Shown: positions 27,358-37,268 of the stretch, piece after piece
Numbering within the stretch: position 1 is the first letter of the stretch
Layout: each line of letters begins with the position of its first letter
Source of the DNA: Patescibacteria group bacterium
Lineage (GTDB): Bacteria > Patescibacteriota > UBA1384 > XYA2-FULL-43-10 > CAINNR01
DNA length: 64,000 nt
Direction of reading: 5' to 3'
NCBI GenBank assembly: GCA_041651295.1
Contig: JBAZJN010000001.1
Coordinates: 83,662 to 147,661, forward strand
Made by a program: the position numbers and the translations under genes
Notes under the pieces: generated by a model
What the model saw: the letters and a program-made list of their open reading frames with translations, nothing else
Databases searched by the model: none
Told to the model about the DNA's origin: nothing

Positions 27358-29502
27358 TTATTCAGCTCGTTTCATGAAATCTTTTGTTGAGAGTGCAACC
27401 CGACCCTTTTCCCTATCAACATCAACAACTTTGGCTTTGATGACCTGTCCGACCTTGAGATATTTTTCAATGTCTTCGACGCGTTCCGGTGCAATTTGCG
27501 AAATGTGAATCATACCATCTTGACGCGGTGTGATAGCAACGATGGCACCTACTTGTTTGCCAGTCATTCTGTCGCGTTTGATCTCAATAACTTCGCCTTC
27601 AATGATCTCGCCAACTTCGATTTCTCGTGTTAGTGATTCAACAATTGCAATGGCCTTTTTACCCATTTCCGAGTCTGTTGAACCGATCATCACCGTGCCG
27701 TCGTCCTCAATATCAATAGAAGTAACTTCTTTTCCTCCACAATCTTCAATGATCTTGCGGATAATTTTTCCGCCCGGCCCGATAAGTTCGCCAATTTTCT
27801 CAGGATTGATGTGAATGGCTTTGATCACCGGGGCATATTCAGACAGTTCTTTTCTTGGCTCGGCTATTACCTCGTTCATTGCCTCAAGGATTTCTAACCG
27901 GCCAACGCGGGCCTGCTTGAATGTTTGAACAATAATTTCATCGGTTAAGCCTTCGATTTTGGTATCCATTTGAATTGCGGTGATTCCATCTTTTGTCCCG
28001 GCAATTTTGAAATCCATGTCTCCAGCAAAATCCTCAAGTCCCTGAAGATCGGTTAAAACCTTGAAGTTTGAGACATCATTTTTGTCGGTGATTAATCCCA
28101 TGGCAATTCCAGCAACCGGTTTTTTGATTGGCACGCCCGCATCCATTAAGGCTAGGGTCGAGCCGCAGGTGGCTGCCATCGAAGACGAGCCGTTTGAGGT
28201 CAATATTTCAGTAACCAGTCTGATTGTATACGGAAATTCCTCGGTTGTTGGAATCATTCTGACTAATGCTTTTTCCGCCAAGTATCCATGTCCGATTGCC
28301 CTGCGGCTAACGCCGCGCATCGGCGCAACTTCGCCAGTAGAAAATGGCGGAAAATTGTAGTGGTGCATAAACTTCTTGGTAGTCTCGGTTTCCATGGTAT
28401 CAATAAACTGCTCCATGCCTGGGGAAGCAAGTGTTGCAACTGTTAATGCCTGAGTCTGACCACGAGTGAATAATCCTGAGCCATGAGTCCGCGGCAAAAC
28501 TCCAATTTCAATATCAATTGGTCTGACTTCCTCAATGCCTCGACCATCGGGGCGAACACCATCTTTGAGTATTGCTTCCCGGATTTCTTTCTCGACTAAT
28601 TTACTAAAGGCGGATTTTAGCTCAACTTGCTTGTAATTTCCTTCAAGAGTTTTCAATACCTCTTCTTCGAACTCTTTAAGCTGCTCTTCCCTTTTAATTT
28701 TGTCTAATTCTCTAACGGCCTCTTTTAGTTTTTCGCCGATAATTTTTGAAACCTCGCCGTGAATTTCCTGGTCTTCAATTAGTTCGACACCAGATTCCTC
28801 TTCAACATGTTCTTTTTTGATTTTTGCTTGAATCTCAAGAAGTGGGAGAATCGATTTCTTGGCCAAAGTGATAGCTTCAATAACTTTCGCTTCCGGAACC
28901 TCACTGGCCTCAGCCTCAATCATCATTACCCTGTCTTTTGTAGAAGCAATTGTTAAGTTTAATTCTGACTTTTCGACTTGATCAATGGTTGGATTGGCAA
29001 CTAATTCCCCATCAACTAACGCTATCTTTACTGCGCCAATCGGACCGAGAAATGGCGCCTTGGTCTGCATTAATGCAGTCGAGGCAGCAACCATCCCCAA
29101 AATATCGGGATCATTCTCTCCGTCATATGATAGAACCGTGATAATAATCTGGACATCATTGCGATAATTCTTGGGAAATAACGGCCGGATCGGACGATCG
29201 ATCATCCGGCAAGCAAGGATGGCTGCATCGGACGGTCTGCCTTCTCTTTTGATAAATCTTGAACCGGAAATTTTACCTGCAGCATAAAATCGCTCCTCGT
29301 AATCAACCAGGAGCGGGAAAAAATCAACACCTTCGCGGATTTCATCAGAAACAACAGCGGTTGCCAAAACCACAGTTCCACCGCAGGTCGCTTTTATTGA
29401 TCCCTGCGCTAAAAGCGCCAATTTACCGGTTTCCAGAACCAATTCCCGGCCGCCAAAATCGACCTTGTAGGTCTTTTCTTCTAGTCCCAGTTTCTTAACC
29501 AT
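27358..29502 (-). CDS. pnp: polynucleotide phosphorylase
   Basis: Two RNase PH domains, then KH and S1 domains; start taken at MVKKLGLEEK. Confidence 0.93.
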   Translation of the reverse strand: MVKKLGLEEKTYKVDFGGRELVLETGKLALLAQGSIKATCGGTVVLATAVVSDEIREGVDFFPLLVDYEERFYAAGKISGSRFIKREGRPSDAAILACRMIDRPIRPLFPKNYRNDVQIIITVLSYDGENDPDILGMVAASTALMQTKAPFLGPIGAVKIALVDGELVANPTIDQVEKSELNLTIASTKDRVMMIEAEASEVPEAKVIEAITLAKKSILPLLEIQAKIKKEHVEEESGVELIEDQEIHGEVSKIIGEKLKEAVRELDKIKREEQLKEFEEEVLKTLEGNYKQVELKSAFSKLVEKEIREAILKDGVRPDGRGIEEVRPIDIEIGVLPRTHGSGLFTRGQTQALTVATLASPGMEQFIDTMETETTKKFMHHYNFPPFSTGEVAPMRGVSRRAIGHGYLAEKALVRMIPTTEEFPYTIRLVTEILTSNGSSSMAATCGSTLALMDAGVPIKKPVAGIAMGLITDKNDVSNFKVLTDLQGLEDFAGDMDFKIAGTKDGITAIQMDTKIEGLTDEIIVQTFKQARVGRLEILEAMNEVIAEPRKELSEYAPVIKAIHINPEKIGELIGPGGKIIRKIIEDCGGKEVTSIDIEDDGTVMIGSTDSEMGKKAIAIVESLTREIEVGEIIEGEVIEIKRDRMTGKQVGAIVAITPRQDGMIHISQIAPERVEDIEKYLKVGQVIKAKVVDVDREKGRVALSTKDFMKRAE

Positions 29503-29705
29503 AAGAATCCCTTCTAGAGAGCGTTCGAGGGAAAAAATCACATTGTTAAATTGTTGCGCTCGCTTCGCTCTCTCGTTGTTTTATTGTTCCTGAGCAATTG
29601 AGCAATACAGCAATATAGCAATTTGATTTCTTCGGTCTCGATGATCTCTCTAATTTCCGCCGTAGACCCAAAGGGTCCACTTTGTGACGGAGTTAATATT
29701 TTAAA

Positions 29706-30005
29706 TTACTTCCTAAGCTTCAAATCGGTAATTATGCCGGCATAAGATTTTTCGTTGCTTTTCTTCAAATAGTTTAAAAGTCTTCGGCGCTTGCCAACCA
29801 TTTTTAAAAGTCCAGCTCTGGAATCAAAATCATGCTTGTGCCCCTTCAAATGCTTGGTCAATTCAGCAATTTTTTTTGTTATCACAATAATTTGAACCTC
29901 TGTTGATCCTGTGTCGGTTTCGTGTGTTTGATATTTTGACAAAAGATCACCAGACTTTGCTGGTGTAACTTTTTTAACAACTTTTTTAGTTTCTTTTTCT
30001 ACCAT
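29706..30005 (-). CDS. rpsO: 30S ribosomal protein S15 (short N-terminal extension)
   Basis: TGSTEVQIIVITKKIAELTKHLKGHKHDFDSRAGLLKMVGKRRRLLNYL. Confidence 0.9.
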   Translation of the reverse strand: MVEKETKKVVKKVTPAKSGDLLSKYQTHETDTGSTEVQIIVITKKIAELTKHLKGHKHDFDSRAGLLKMVGKRRRLLNYLKKSNEKSYAGIITDLKLRK

Positions 30006-30081
30006 AGCTACTTTGATTTTTAGCTTTAGAGACTTTTGACTTTATGAACTTATTTGATTGTAACAAACCCTGAGGAAAAAA

Positions 30082-31242
30082 TCAACCTTTTGGTGCTGCT
30101 TTAGGCTGGCCCTTTTGAAAATCACGGATTTTACCGACAATTTTTTCCGTGGTATTGGCCGGGTCATCTCTGGATACAGCAAAGCCGGCAGCCATCGCGT
30201 GGCCGCCGCCGCCAAACAGTTTGGCGATATTAGAGACATCATATCCCCTTTCAACCGATCGGAGTGATCCGTGTAAACCATCAGATTTTTCGGTCAAAAG
30301 CATAACAAAATCGACACCTGTAGTAGTTTTCAAAAGCTCATCAATTACTCCGTCAGCATCAGTTTCGGTAGATTGGGTAACTACAAAATCTGATTTTTCA
30401 ATTTGCGACCAGACAAAACGATAATTCATCTCGTCCCTGATATTCGAAAGAACCCGACCCCAGAGACGAAGGGTGGAAAGAGTCCTGGTTTTGTAAATTT
30501 TCTTGATAATCTCCTGTTGGTCAGCATTGGCGGCGACTAATTGAGCAGCTACGGTTAATGATTTTGGGGTTGTATTTTGGTTTTGAAATGAGTTGGTGTC
30601 AGTGATTATTCCTGTTAACAGGGCGGTAGCAGTCTCCGGTGACAAAAGTGATGTGTCTTTCGCAAGCGCTTCAAATAGCGAGACTAATATCTCTGCGGTT
30701 GAAGTTGCAGTTAAATCTACTAAGTTAATTTTGCCAAAGTGATCATTGCCGGCGTGATGATCAATATTAATGATAGGGGTCTCATAAAAAAGATCTGAGT
30801 TTTGGTGGTACGGTTCGCCCAAACGATCGAGGTCTTGGCAATCGAGAACAATAATTAGGTCAAACTTGAACTTTCCGCCCGGAAAACTAACCATCTCTTG
30901 GCTGAACTCACCCGATTTCGGCGTGACGATAAAATTAATGTGCCCGTCTTCTACTTTATATAGAAATTTCTCAGCCGGAACTTGGCTAACGTCTAGAGAG
31001 ATAACAAAATCCCGTCTGCCTGTTAGATCCTTAGAGACCTTATCTGTCGGTAGAAATGAAAAAACCTGCGAGATACTGCCAGCAGCCACCGGATGGGGAG
31101 TCTTGCCGATTTTTGCCAAAGCTATCGACATGGCTATTAGGGAACCAATAGCATCCCCATCTGGATCTTTATGGGTCAATATCAAAATATTTCCGGCCCC
31201 TTTTATCGCCTCGACAATTTGTTGTTTTGGTGAAAGTTCCAT
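30082..31242 (-). CDS. DHH/DHHA1 phosphoesterase (NrnA-like)
   Basis: DPDGDAIGS, NIDHHAGN and GGGGHAMAAG motifs. Confidence 0.8.
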   Translation of the reverse strand: MELSPKQQIVEAIKGAGNILILTHKDPDGDAIGSLIAMSIALAKIGKTPHPVAAGSISQVFSFLPTDKVSKDLTGRRDFVISLDVSQVPAEKFLYKVEDGHINFIVTPKSGEFSQEMVSFPGGKFKFDLIIVLDCQDLDRLGEPYHQNSDLFYETPIINIDHHAGNDHFGKINLVDLTATSTAEILVSLFEALAKDTSLLSPETATALLTGIITDTNSFQNQNTTPKSLTVAAQLVAANADQQEIIKKIYKTRTLSTLRLWGRVLSNIRDEMNYRFVWSQIEKSDFVVTQSTETDADGVIDELLKTTTGVDFVMLLTEKSDGLHGSLRSVERGYDVSNIAKLFGGGGHAMAAGFAVSRDDPANTTEKIVGKIRDFQKGQPKAAPKG

Positions 31243-31247
31243 AACAC

Positions 31248-31340
31248 AAATGGATAACTAATATTCTAATGGCTAATAACGAATCATACGAATTTGTTTT
31301 ATTAGTTATTGGTTATTCGGTAATTCGTTATCCATTCTTG
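31248..31340. repeat. R3 intergenic repeat, copy b
   Basis: GGATAACTAATATTCTAATGGCTAATAACGAAT..ATTCGGTAATTCGTTATCCATTCTTG. Confidence 0.7.
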
Positions 31341-31383
31341 ATGTGACACTTCAATATATCGGATCATCCTTTCGTTGTCAACA

Positions 31384-31412
31384 TTGACTTTAACCTGCTT
31401 TCCTGCTTAAAT
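31384..31412 (+). promoter_or_regulatory. promoter of cassette F
   Basis: TTGACT-17-TTAAAT. Confidence 0.4.
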
Positions 31413-31443
31413 ACAATCAGTTTCCAGAAATGAGGGAACCATC

Positions 31444-31539
31444 ATGAAGTTGTTGAAGGGTTTTCTAGATGCGGTACTTCTGTCGATTATCCTCATCGTC
31501 GGCTACGTTTTCGGTCTTGAATACGACAACGATGACTGA
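31444..31539 (+). CDS. 31-aa hydrophobic peptide (cassette F)
   Basis: GAGGGA SD 6 nt before ATG; MKLLKGFLDAVLLSIILIVGYVFGLEYDNDD. Confidence 0.4.
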   Translation: MKLLKGFLDAVLLSIILIVGYVFGLEYDNDD

Positions 31540-31615
31540 AGATAGTCACTCGCCGCGACATCCTCTATATGACCCGACTCGACGAAGGTGCTGACCACTA
31601 AGGTCTGGTGCACAA

Positions 31616-31638
31616 CCCGCACTCTGCGGGCTTTTTTT
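31616..31638 (+). terminator. intrinsic terminator of cassette F
   Basis: CCCGC/GCGGG stem followed by T7. Confidence 0.6.
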
Positions 31639-31805
31639 ATCTCGGCAGGAAATGCCTCGATCCCTACATAATTACTAATCGGAACTAAATTACCAATAAT
31701 ACCAACAGGACTTCACAAACCGGTAAATTTCTGTTACACTACAAAAAGTAATTCAGTAATTTTAAATTTTGATTTTTAAACTTTAAATTTGAGCGAAAGC
31801 GAATC

Positions 31806-32117
31806 ATGCCAATTACAAAATCAGCTAAAAAAGCACTTCGGGTTGACCGAACTAAAAAAGAAACTAACGACCTTACCAGAAATAAGGTTAAATCTGCCGT
31901 CAAAGCGGCCAGGTTGGCCATTTCTGCCGGAGACAAGGACGTCAGCGAGAAACTAAACGCTGCCTATCGAGAACTCGATATCGCATCCAAGAAAAACGTT
32001 ATTCATAAAAACCGTGCCGCTAGACTAAAATCACGTTTAACTAAAAAACTGGCAAAGAACGGACCAGAAAAAACCGAGGCCAAACCAGCTAAAAAAGCGA
32101 CTACCAAGAAAAAATAG
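31806..32117 (+). CDS. rpsT: 30S ribosomal protein S20
   Basis: MPITKSAKKALRVDRTKKETN..; size and basic composition fit. Confidence 0.88.
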   Translation: MPITKSAKKALRVDRTKKETNDLTRNKVKSAVKAARLAISAGDKDVSEKLNAAYRELDIASKKNVIHKNRAARLKSRLTKKLAKNGPEKTEAKPAKKATTKKK

Positions 32118-32119
32118 CC

Positions 32120-32178
32120 GTCGTTCCCGCGCAGGCGGGAATCTACTATTAGTGGATCCCCACTTTCGTGGGGATGAC
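32120..32178. repeat. R1 repeat, copy c
   Basis: GTCGTTCCCGCGCAGGCGGGAATCTACTATTAGTGGATCCCCACTTTCGTGGGGATGAC. Confidence 0.8.
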
Positions 32179-32181
32179 AAT

Positions 32182-32221
32182 AAAAAACTGCCTTGATACA
32201 AACTATTGTGGCAGTTTTTTT
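32182..32221. terminator. bidirectional terminator between rpsT and lepB
   Basis: A-run, CTGCC..GGCAG hairpin, T7. Confidence 0.6.
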
Positions 32222-32229
32222 ATTGTCAG

Positions 32230-32814
32230 CTATTTGATGTTATAAGTCGGCGTCGGCACACTATAAAGCTTCGGTATTAGTATCCAGGAAGTCTTGCCGA
32301 CTATGAATCTCTGCTCAACAGGACCAAAATATCTGGAATCATTGGAATTGGGCCGATTGTCACCCATGAGAAAATATTCGTCTGATTTGAGCGTCCAGTC
32401 GCCCCCCTGCTCAGTTTGCAGCCCTCTTGGAAGATATCCTTCTATCAGTTTTCTATTATTTATAAAAATCGAACCGTTTTTGATTTCCAATTTTTCACCG
32501 GGAAGCGCAATGACTCTTTTAACATACCTTTTATGCTCCGGGTCCCCAGGGTAATTTACTACTACTACATCACCTCTTTGTGGATCAGACATTTTATAAA
32601 CAATTTTATTTAAAAATCCAAGTTCCCCGGTGGCGAAGGTTGGATCCATTGAAGCTCCGTCAACAAAAAATATTGTCGCAACAAAAAAATGAATTAATGA
32701 GATTGCGATAATCAACAAAATTATCCATTTGGCGAAGTCGAATAGGAACCCGCCACCATAAACAACCCTGCCGATGAATGTTTCTTTCAAAAACATAATG
32801 TCCAATACTCCCAA
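32230..32814 (-). CDS. lepB: signal peptidase I
   Basis: GASMDPTF (catalytic Ser), KRVIALPGE (catalytic Lys), GDNRPNSNDSRYFG. Confidence 0.9.
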   Translation of the reverse strand: MGVLDIMFLKETFIGRVVYGGGFLFDFAKWIILLIIAISLIHFFVATIFFVDGASMDPTFATGELGFLNKIVYKMSDPQRGDVVVVNYPGDPEHKRYVKRVIALPGEKLEIKNGSIFINNRKLIEGYLPRGLQTEQGGDWTLKSDEYFLMGDNRPNSNDSRYFGPVEQRFIVGKTSWILIPKLYSVPTPTYNIK

Positions 32815-32829
32815 ATTGATCTAATTACT

Positions 32830-32867
32830 CCCTGCCCGCATTGCTACGCAAAACGTTTGCAGGCGGG
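32830..32867. repeat. CCCGCCTG..TGCGGGCAGG palindromic repeat (inverted copy)
   Basis: Its reverse complement has the same ends as 26586-26625. Confidence 0.4.
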
Positions 32868-32873
32868 AAAAAA

Positions 32874-32940
32874 ATATCAAATGTCTAATTTCTAAATTGT
32901 TTAGGTTAATTAGATTGAATTAGAAATTAGGTCAATTTTA
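32874..32940. repeat. R4 AT-rich intergenic repeat, copy
   Basis: ATGTCTAATTTCTAAATTGTTTAGGTTAATTAG..AATTAGGTCAATTT. Confidence 0.6.
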
Positions 32941-34425
32941 TTTATACCCCGGCTCTCTGATTGAAGCTAAATTTTGACCGATGTAGCCGATTATTGGAAA
33001 AAGCGATAAGCAAAAATCTTGAAGGCCAAGTCCTTGAGTTTCGGTGATAAACCAATCCGGCATATTAAATTCTTCATCTGTAAATCTTCTTGCCCATAGT
33101 GCTTCACAACGAAAAATAATTGCATACGGCAGATATTCAACGAACTTTTGGTAATTTTTGGCATCGTACGGCAAAGGCTCATGGTTGGAAAGGTATTTTT
33201 TGAACGCCAGCCAGTTGGTTAAAGCCTGACGCCCCGGAGCGGTACGGATTGGCATCTTGCTGCCAACGATTATAATTACAAGCGAGGCAACCATCATTCC
33301 AACCCAGAAAAATGTAGCATACGGAACAGTCGGGAAAAATTTATAACTTAAAAAGAAACAGGCAAGGCCGAAGAAAAATAGTAAAGTCCCAAAAAACTGA
33401 TACTTGCGGTGCATACTGGCCGGATTCTCTTTAAAATATCCCAGCCTTGTAGCTAAGGCGTAAATGTCACGAGTGAAAAGAGACATTTTATGGCTGTAAA
33501 CATGATTGGTGAAGCGTTCGGAAATTATATCTTCCGTGGCGATTGAATTATCGCGGAAAATTTTCGATAACAAAATTTTTTCAAAGGACAAGAGCTGACC
33601 GGAAAAAATTCTTTTGCCAAAGGAGAAACCCCGATCACGATCGATAATGAAAATATATTTCCTTAAGGATAAATCGATCAGAGTTGCAGCAATCTCTCTT
33701 GGACCGATATTTTGATTGACCAGAACTCCAACAACGGCAGGTGGCAATGCCATTGGCGGCGCATTAACGGCTCTGTCCGGCTGAGTAATTTTTTGCACCC
33801 GCTGTTGGAGTGAGATCAGCATAAACATATAAATCAAAGTTAGTAGCGGGATTGCAATCGCAACAAAGACCCAGACTTGTCCACCGGCGGATGAGAGCAA
33901 AAATAGCAGATTGTCATAAAAAGGCAGTTTGATGACACCTTTTGGTATTTCAGCGACAACAGTGATTGTCGCAGTATCGCTGATGCCGTTGGCTTCGTAA
34001 ATGATTGTTCTGTCACTATCTGCCGTTGCTGTTGCTGAATCAACCCCGTGAATGGCTAAAATTTGCGGATTGGAACTTTTTGCCACCGCTTCAGGCAAAG
34101 TTAGATTTATCGTTAGATTATCAAGAAAAATTCCGTTTTTATCATAAACGATCAACCGCAGATCATCATAATTTTTCTGCGGCTGGATTTTTGAGGCGAT
34201 CCTTTTGTCGTTTTTATAGACGCTGCCGTCTTCTTTAACTTCAAGATTTATTGTTGAAGTAGTAACGATGTTTCCCAAATCTCCATCGGCGACGTCGGCA
34301 GAATATCTAACACCCTGAATGATTCGTAAGCTAACGAAAGCAACTAAAAAAAACACGCTGAAGAATATTAGCTTCCGCCAATTGATCTCTATTAGACGAT
34401 TTTTGTTCTCTTTTTTCCTCTCCAT
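32938..34425 (-). CDS. DUF2207-like membrane protein
   Basis: N-terminal TM helix, extracellular domain, then a cluster of TM helices; the family call is tentative. Confidence 0.45.
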   Translation of the reverse strand: MERKKENKNRLIEINWRKLIFFSVFFLVAFVSLRIIQGVRYSADVADGDLGNIVTTSTINLEVKEDGSVYKNDKRIASKIQPQKNYDDLRLIVYDKNGIFLDNLTINLTLPEAVAKSSNPQILAIHGVDSATATADSDRTIIYEANGISDTATITVVAEIPKGVIKLPFYDNLLFLLSSAGGQVWVFVAIAIPLLTLIYMFMLISLQQRVQKITQPDRAVNAPPMALPPAVVGVLVNQNIGPREIAATLIDLSLRKYIFIIDRDRGFSFGKRIFSGQLLSFEKILLSKIFRDNSIATEDIISERFTNHVYSHKMSLFTRDIYALATRLGYFKENPASMHRKYQFFGTLLFFFGLACFFLSYKFFPTVPYATFFWVGMMVASLVIIIVGSKMPIRTAPGRQALTNWLAFKKYLSNHEPLPYDAKNYQKFVEYLPYAIIFRCEALWARRFTDEEFNMPDWFITETQGLGLQDFCLSLFPIIGYIGQNLASIREPGYK

Positions 34426-34575
34426 TCCCCTCCACTCGCCAGAATGGCGAGAATTTTCAATTTAAAATTTTTCCCTGCGGGACCTAAACGGCAATTTAAA
34501 ATAAATGATTTAATTTTTCAAGCATTAAATTTATTTTAAATTTGAGTTTTTAAATTTTAAATTATCTCTATTATA

Positions 34576-35529
34576 CTACATTGTTAAGTCGGCTAACAAT
34601 TTTTCCAAAGCTAATCTTGGTTCGATTTTTCCGGTTTTGATATCAATATCGGTTTGCTGCAGCCGCAAGTAAATTCTTTTAAGCAACGGGAGATCAAAAT
34701 TATTTAGTACTCGGATAGTTTTCCCGACAACGAACGGATGAAGTTCTGCTTCCTTGGCAATCTGGTTTCTCCCAGTCCCGCGGACTATTAAATCTTCCAC
34801 AATGAGCATATTTCTGAATTGATAGACGATCATCGACAGAATATAATTCTCATTTCTGCCGCCCAAAAGTAAGTTCTGTAAATATTTCAATGCCAGCTTG
34901 CCGTTTCTGCCGCCTAGCGCGTCGATGAAGTCAAATATATTTTGATCATGCTCGGTTTCTACCATTTCATCAATATCGGCCTCGGAAATCTGCGTTTGGT
35001 TTTTGGCCAACCGGAAGAGATCAAGTTTTTCAAGCTCGTTAATTAACCGCCATGAGTTGTTACCGGCTGTAACAATTAATTTCTTGATTGCCGGCATAGC
35101 AATCGGAATATTTTTATTTTTAGCTTCCTCTGCTAACCATTTTTCCAACTCATAACCTTTTCTCAAGAGAAAATTTACGATTAGCTTTTCTTTTAATAGT
35201 TTCTTATACAAACCGGACGTTTTTTTGACCTCGCCGTCTTCCTTCAAAATTATTTCCGAAGTATCGGGGAATTTGCCCATATTATTTTCAATGTACTCTT
35301 TGAGTTTTTCATCTCCGTCACGAAATAAATTGCTGATGATTATTAATCGTTTGGGCGCTAAAAATGGAACAGCTGTAACGCTTCTAATCAATTTGTCATA
35401 AGACAATGTTTCCGAATCAAATTTAACAATGTTCATGTCGCCGAAATTGGCGATGGAAAAATCCGCCTCAAGTTTTTTTAAGGAATGGCTTAAGGAATAT
35501 GTGTCTTCGCCGTAGAATAGTTTAATCAT
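34576..35529 (-). CDS. holA: DNA polymerase III delta subunit
   Basis: MIKLFYGEDTYSL start, AAA-like clamp-loader fold pattern, size about 317 aa. Confidence 0.75.
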   Translation of the reverse strand: MIKLFYGEDTYSLSHSLKKLEADFSIANFGDMNIVKFDSETLSYDKLIRSVTAVPFLAPKRLIIISNLFRDGDEKLKEYIENNMGKFPDTSEIILKEDGEVKKTSGLYKKLLKEKLIVNFLLRKGYELEKWLAEEAKNKNIPIAMPAIKKLIVTAGNNSWRLINELEKLDLFRLAKNQTQISEADIDEMVETEHDQNIFDFIDALGGRNGKLALKYLQNLLLGGRNENYILSMIVYQFRNMLIVEDLIVRGTGRNQIAKEAELHPFVVGKTIRVLNNFDLPLLKRIYLRLQQTDIDIKTGKIEPRLALEKLLADLTM

Positions 35530-35530
35530 C

Positions 35531-35559
35531 TTGAAATTTTCCGCTATTACTGTTAACAT
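35531..35559 (+). promoter_or_regulatory. possible promoter of cassette G
   Basis: TTGAAA-17-TAACAT (alternative -10 TAATAT at 35562-35567). Confidence 0.35.
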
Positions 35560-35590
35560 TCTAATATTACAGTCTGCGAGGAGGTGCCAG

Positions 35591-35815
35591 ATGCCATTGC
35601 GAGAAGCCTTGTTGCTGATTTGCCCAATCTTCCTTCTGCCTCCTTCGGCATCTCAATCTCTCGATCTTCGTCCAATGCAGTCGACTCAGATGGTCGACGC
35701 AGACTGCCTTGCCCAACTTGCTTGGCGTTATCGGGCAGAGAACCCAAACCAACCGATTGAAGCTTTTATCGCTTCACATCAATACTACCTTGTCCCATGG
35801 GACATATGTGACTAA
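35591..35815 (+). CDS. orphan small secreted protein, 74 aa (cassette G)
   Basis: GGAGGTG SD 5 nt before ATG; signal-like MPLREALLLICPIFLLPPSASQ. Confidence 0.5.
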   Translation: MPLREALLLICPIFLLPPSASQSLDLRPMQSTQMVDADCLAQLAWRYRAENPNQPIEAFIASHQYYLVPWDICD

Positions 35816-35843
35816 CCCCTGCTTCTCGCCGGGGTCTTTTTTT
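35815..35843 (+). terminator. intrinsic terminator of cassette G
   Basis: ACCCC/GGGGT stem followed by T7. Confidence 0.6.
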
Positions 35844-35880
35844 AATTGCGAAGCGATTAACCCTCCGCAAACTTTCGACT

Positions 35881-37170
35881 TTATAAACTTTTGACTTTCG
35901 CCTTGATCACATTCCTCTTCGCTTCGTCCCAATTATTACCGATGCCAACTTCAACTTCAACCGGCACGCAAAGCTTGACCTCATTTTCCATTACTGATCG
36001 CATTGTTTCCGCAACTTTTGCGGATTGTTTTTCCGGCACTTCAACAATTAATTCGTCGTGGACCGTTAAAAGCATTTTAGCTGACTTCGGTAGTTTTGAT
36101 GATAATTTTATCATCGCCAGTTTCAAAACTTCCGCCGCCGTACCCTGAACCGGAGTGTTAATTGCCATTCTCTGGGCCGACTCATAAACATTTCTATTTG
36201 ATGATTTTATATCCGGAAGTTCTCGGCGGAAACCGAAAAGTGTTTCGACATATCCATGTTTTTTAGCCATAGCAATTTGTTCTTCACAATATCTTTTAAT
36301 GCCTTCGTGCACCTTGAAGTAACGCATAATGTATTCGGCGGCTTTTGATTGCGGGATTCCCAAAGCTTGTGACAAACCATACGGACTTATTCCGTATAGA
36401 ACACCAAAATTTACTGTTTTCGCCAGTCGGCGTTGATCATGAGTAACTTTACCGACAGGAACATCAAAGAGTTCTGAGGCCGTGCGTGAGTGAATATCAA
36501 CACCTGAATCAAAAGCGTCTATCATCGCTTTGTCCGCAGCCAAGCAAGCCACGACCCGTAGTTCTATTTGGGAATAGTCAGCAGAGACTAGCTTGTTTCC
36601 CGGCTCAGCAATAAAGGCTTTGCGAATTTCCGGACCAAAATCTCCACGAATCGGAATATTCTGCAAATTTGGGTTAGATGATGTTAAACGCGAAGTTCTT
36701 GTGTCTTCGCCAAAAGTTGTGTGCAGGCGGGAGTTTTCATCAACTAATTTCGGTAGCGGCTCTAGGTAAGTTGATATTAATTTTGACAGCTCACGATACT
36801 CGAGAATTTTATCAACAATTTTATGTTCTCCGCGAAGTTTCATAAGTTCTGCCGCACCGGTAGAGATACCGGATTTATTGCGTTTAATGTCAACTGTCGG
36901 TAATTTTAGCTTTTTAAATAGAATGTCCGATAATTGTGACGGAGAAGAAACATTAAACTCTTTCCCTGCTAGTTTCTGGATTTCCGATTCTAACTTCTTA
37001 CTTCTTGACCCCAACTTCTTTTGAAGTCGAGACAGCAATTCTATATCTAATTTTATTCCGTTCTTCTCCATTGTCCGCAAAACCGGCGAAACTTCACGGT
37101 CAATATCGCTCCACTTTTTGCGAGGAATTTTGCAACCTAATTTTTCAGCTTTTTTGATGATATTCTTCAT
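35881..37170 (-). CDS. polA: family A DNA polymerase, polymerase domain only
   Basis: Motif A SADYSQIELRV, motif B RRLAKTVNFGVLYG, motif C TVHDE; begins at the thumb region with no 3'-5' exo-like domain. Confidence 0.9.
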   Translation of the reverse strand: MKNIIKKAEKLGCKIPRKKWSDIDREVSPVLRTMEKNGIKLDIELLSRLQKKLGSRSKKLESEIQKLAGKEFNVSSPSQLSDILFKKLKLPTVDIKRNKSGISTGAAELMKLRGEHKIVDKILEYRELSKLISTYLEPLPKLVDENSRLHTTFGEDTRTSRLTSSNPNLQNIPIRGDFGPEIRKAFIAEPGNKLVSADYSQIELRVVACLAADKAMIDAFDSGVDIHSRTASELFDVPVGKVTHDQRRLAKTVNFGVLYGISPYGLSQALGIPQSKAAEYIMRYFKVHEGIKRYCEEQIAMAKKHGYVETLFGFRRELPDIKSSNRNVYESAQRMAINTPVQGTAAEVLKLAMIKLSSKLPKSAKMLLTVHDELIVEVPEKQSAKVAETMRSVMENEVKLCVPVEVEVGIGNNWDEAKRNVIKAKVKSL

Positions 37171-37176
37171 TTCAAT

Positions 37177-37268
37177 AATAGATAACTAATGTTCTAATGA
37201 CTGATAACGAATAGGACAAATGTGTTTTATTGGTTATTTGTTATTCGGTAATTCGTCATCCGTTCTTG
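37177..37268. repeat. R3 intergenic repeat, copy c
   Basis: AGATAACTAATGTTCTAATGACTGATAACGAAT..ATTCGGTAATTCGTCATCCGTTCTTG fills the exo-pol spacer. Confidence 0.7.
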
